The notes beneath the pieces were generated by a model. The model ran no database searches. It was not told the origin of the DNA and saw nothing but the letters and a program-made list of their open reading frames with translations. Below, one piece after another: positions 56,111-57,002 of a stretch of DNA of 57,002 nucleotides. Source of the DNA: an uncultured Nitrososphaeraceae archaeon (GTDB lineage Archaea; Thermoproteota; Nitrososphaeria; Nitrososphaerales; Nitrososphaeraceae); contig CAVXZB010000027.1 in assembly GCA_963765895.1 (NCBI GenBank), forward strand, positions 1-57,002, in the 5' to 3' direction. A program made the translations under genes and the position numbers. How positions within the stretch are numbered: position 1 is the first letter of the stretch; the number at the start of each line of letters is the position of its first letter.

Positions 56111-57002
56111 TTATGTAGTAATGCCTTGTCCAACTATTCTTATTCCAGAAGTATCTAGCTTTAGTAATAGAAATATTTGATTCTGAACATAAACAACAGA
56201 CTTTTCGGGAACAATTTCAATGACCTTGATATTATGATCGTGACCATCATTAGTTATTCTTTTTATTTTTACTGGTTTGATCTGGAGTCCAATTGCCAAC
56301 ATATAGTTCTGGTCTTCTAAAACTTGTCCTTTAAAGAATGAATTTCTTTTAAATTTTGTAGTAAGTATATTTTCATTTGTGGCAACTTTTATCATACTGT
56401 CACCTGTATCTGTAAACGTGGAACATAGTACGTCACCTCTAGATATCCCATCGCTGTAATTCCTTTAATTGCTAGTCCAACCCTTGCCGGAGTTATGGAC
56501 TCCTCAACTGGCGTATCATGCATTTGAATTGATTTGACTGTGATATTAATATCCATAGGCATAATTCTCAGTTGATCATGAACTCTGACAATTCCTTGTC
56601 TTATAACACCCAATACAACCGTTCCAACACCCTTGACGTCAAATGCATGATCAATTGATATAAATATGGTTCGTGTTTCGGTAGACTCAGGTGGCTCCAA
56701 CTCAGGGCCAGCTTTCTCATCGCTGTTAAATGATTTTTTTGGTTCTATTAAAGATAATTCTTGTTTTAGTTCCTCGTAATTATTCATAAATTTAAAATCT
56801 TTTATACTTGTATTTTGTATTAGTAACCTTATTTTTTCTTCATCAATATCATAGGAATGAAGGATAAAGCCATTCTTAAAATTGACCGAATCTAACGCAA
56901 CAATCTGCTCACCTAAATTCTTGTCAATTTTTGTAATATTTAAAAGTGCATATTCTGGCGTGCTGCTGGCCTGATTTAATGACTGTATTTTCTCTGGATA
57001 TG
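56111..57002 (-). CDS. SelB-like / EF-Tu domain-2 protein, cut by window edge, frameshift near 56440
   Basis: IDHAFDVKGVGTVVLG...VKSIQMHD...RVGLAIKG. Confidence 0.8.

Overview
AT-rich archaeal window, most likely from a soil ammonia-oxidising Nitrososphaeraceae genome. This is inferred from gene content: stand-alone receiver domains, a MEDS protein, a Hef/Mph1-type helicase without a nuclease domain, a SelB-like factor, and typical secreted hypotheticals. Many genes, including housekeeping ones, are split by single-base indels, often in homopolymers, so some 'pseudogenes' are probably long-read consensus errors. The window is mostly accessory DNA. (1) An intact tyrosine integrase (48135-49580) sits beside a minus-strand module that recurs as decayed copies across 13.7-46.9 kb. 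The module comprises a 284-aa ORF with an embedded, covarying DNA palindrome; a wHTH plus putative divergent Rep_trans-like initiator; a SWIM zinc-finger gene; and 9-bp iteron-like arrays. (2) A tight array of seven small secreted Cys/Gly/Tyr-rich proteins with a shared leader cassette and shuffled modules lies at 22777-25363. (3) A 901-bp element with 52-bp IS6-like inverted ends carries an AbrB-like and acylphosphatase-like pair but no transposase (11307-12207). (4) A 3.2-kb block flanked by direct repeats holds a solo Cas4-like nuclease and a Zn-ribbon/DUF559 endonuclease (37122-40313). Cargo and host genes include SQR-like, LLM, sedolisin, patatin, hydrolases, SLATT/DUF4231, SPFH and DUF72. 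No CRISPR array, tRNA or rRNA was recognised.
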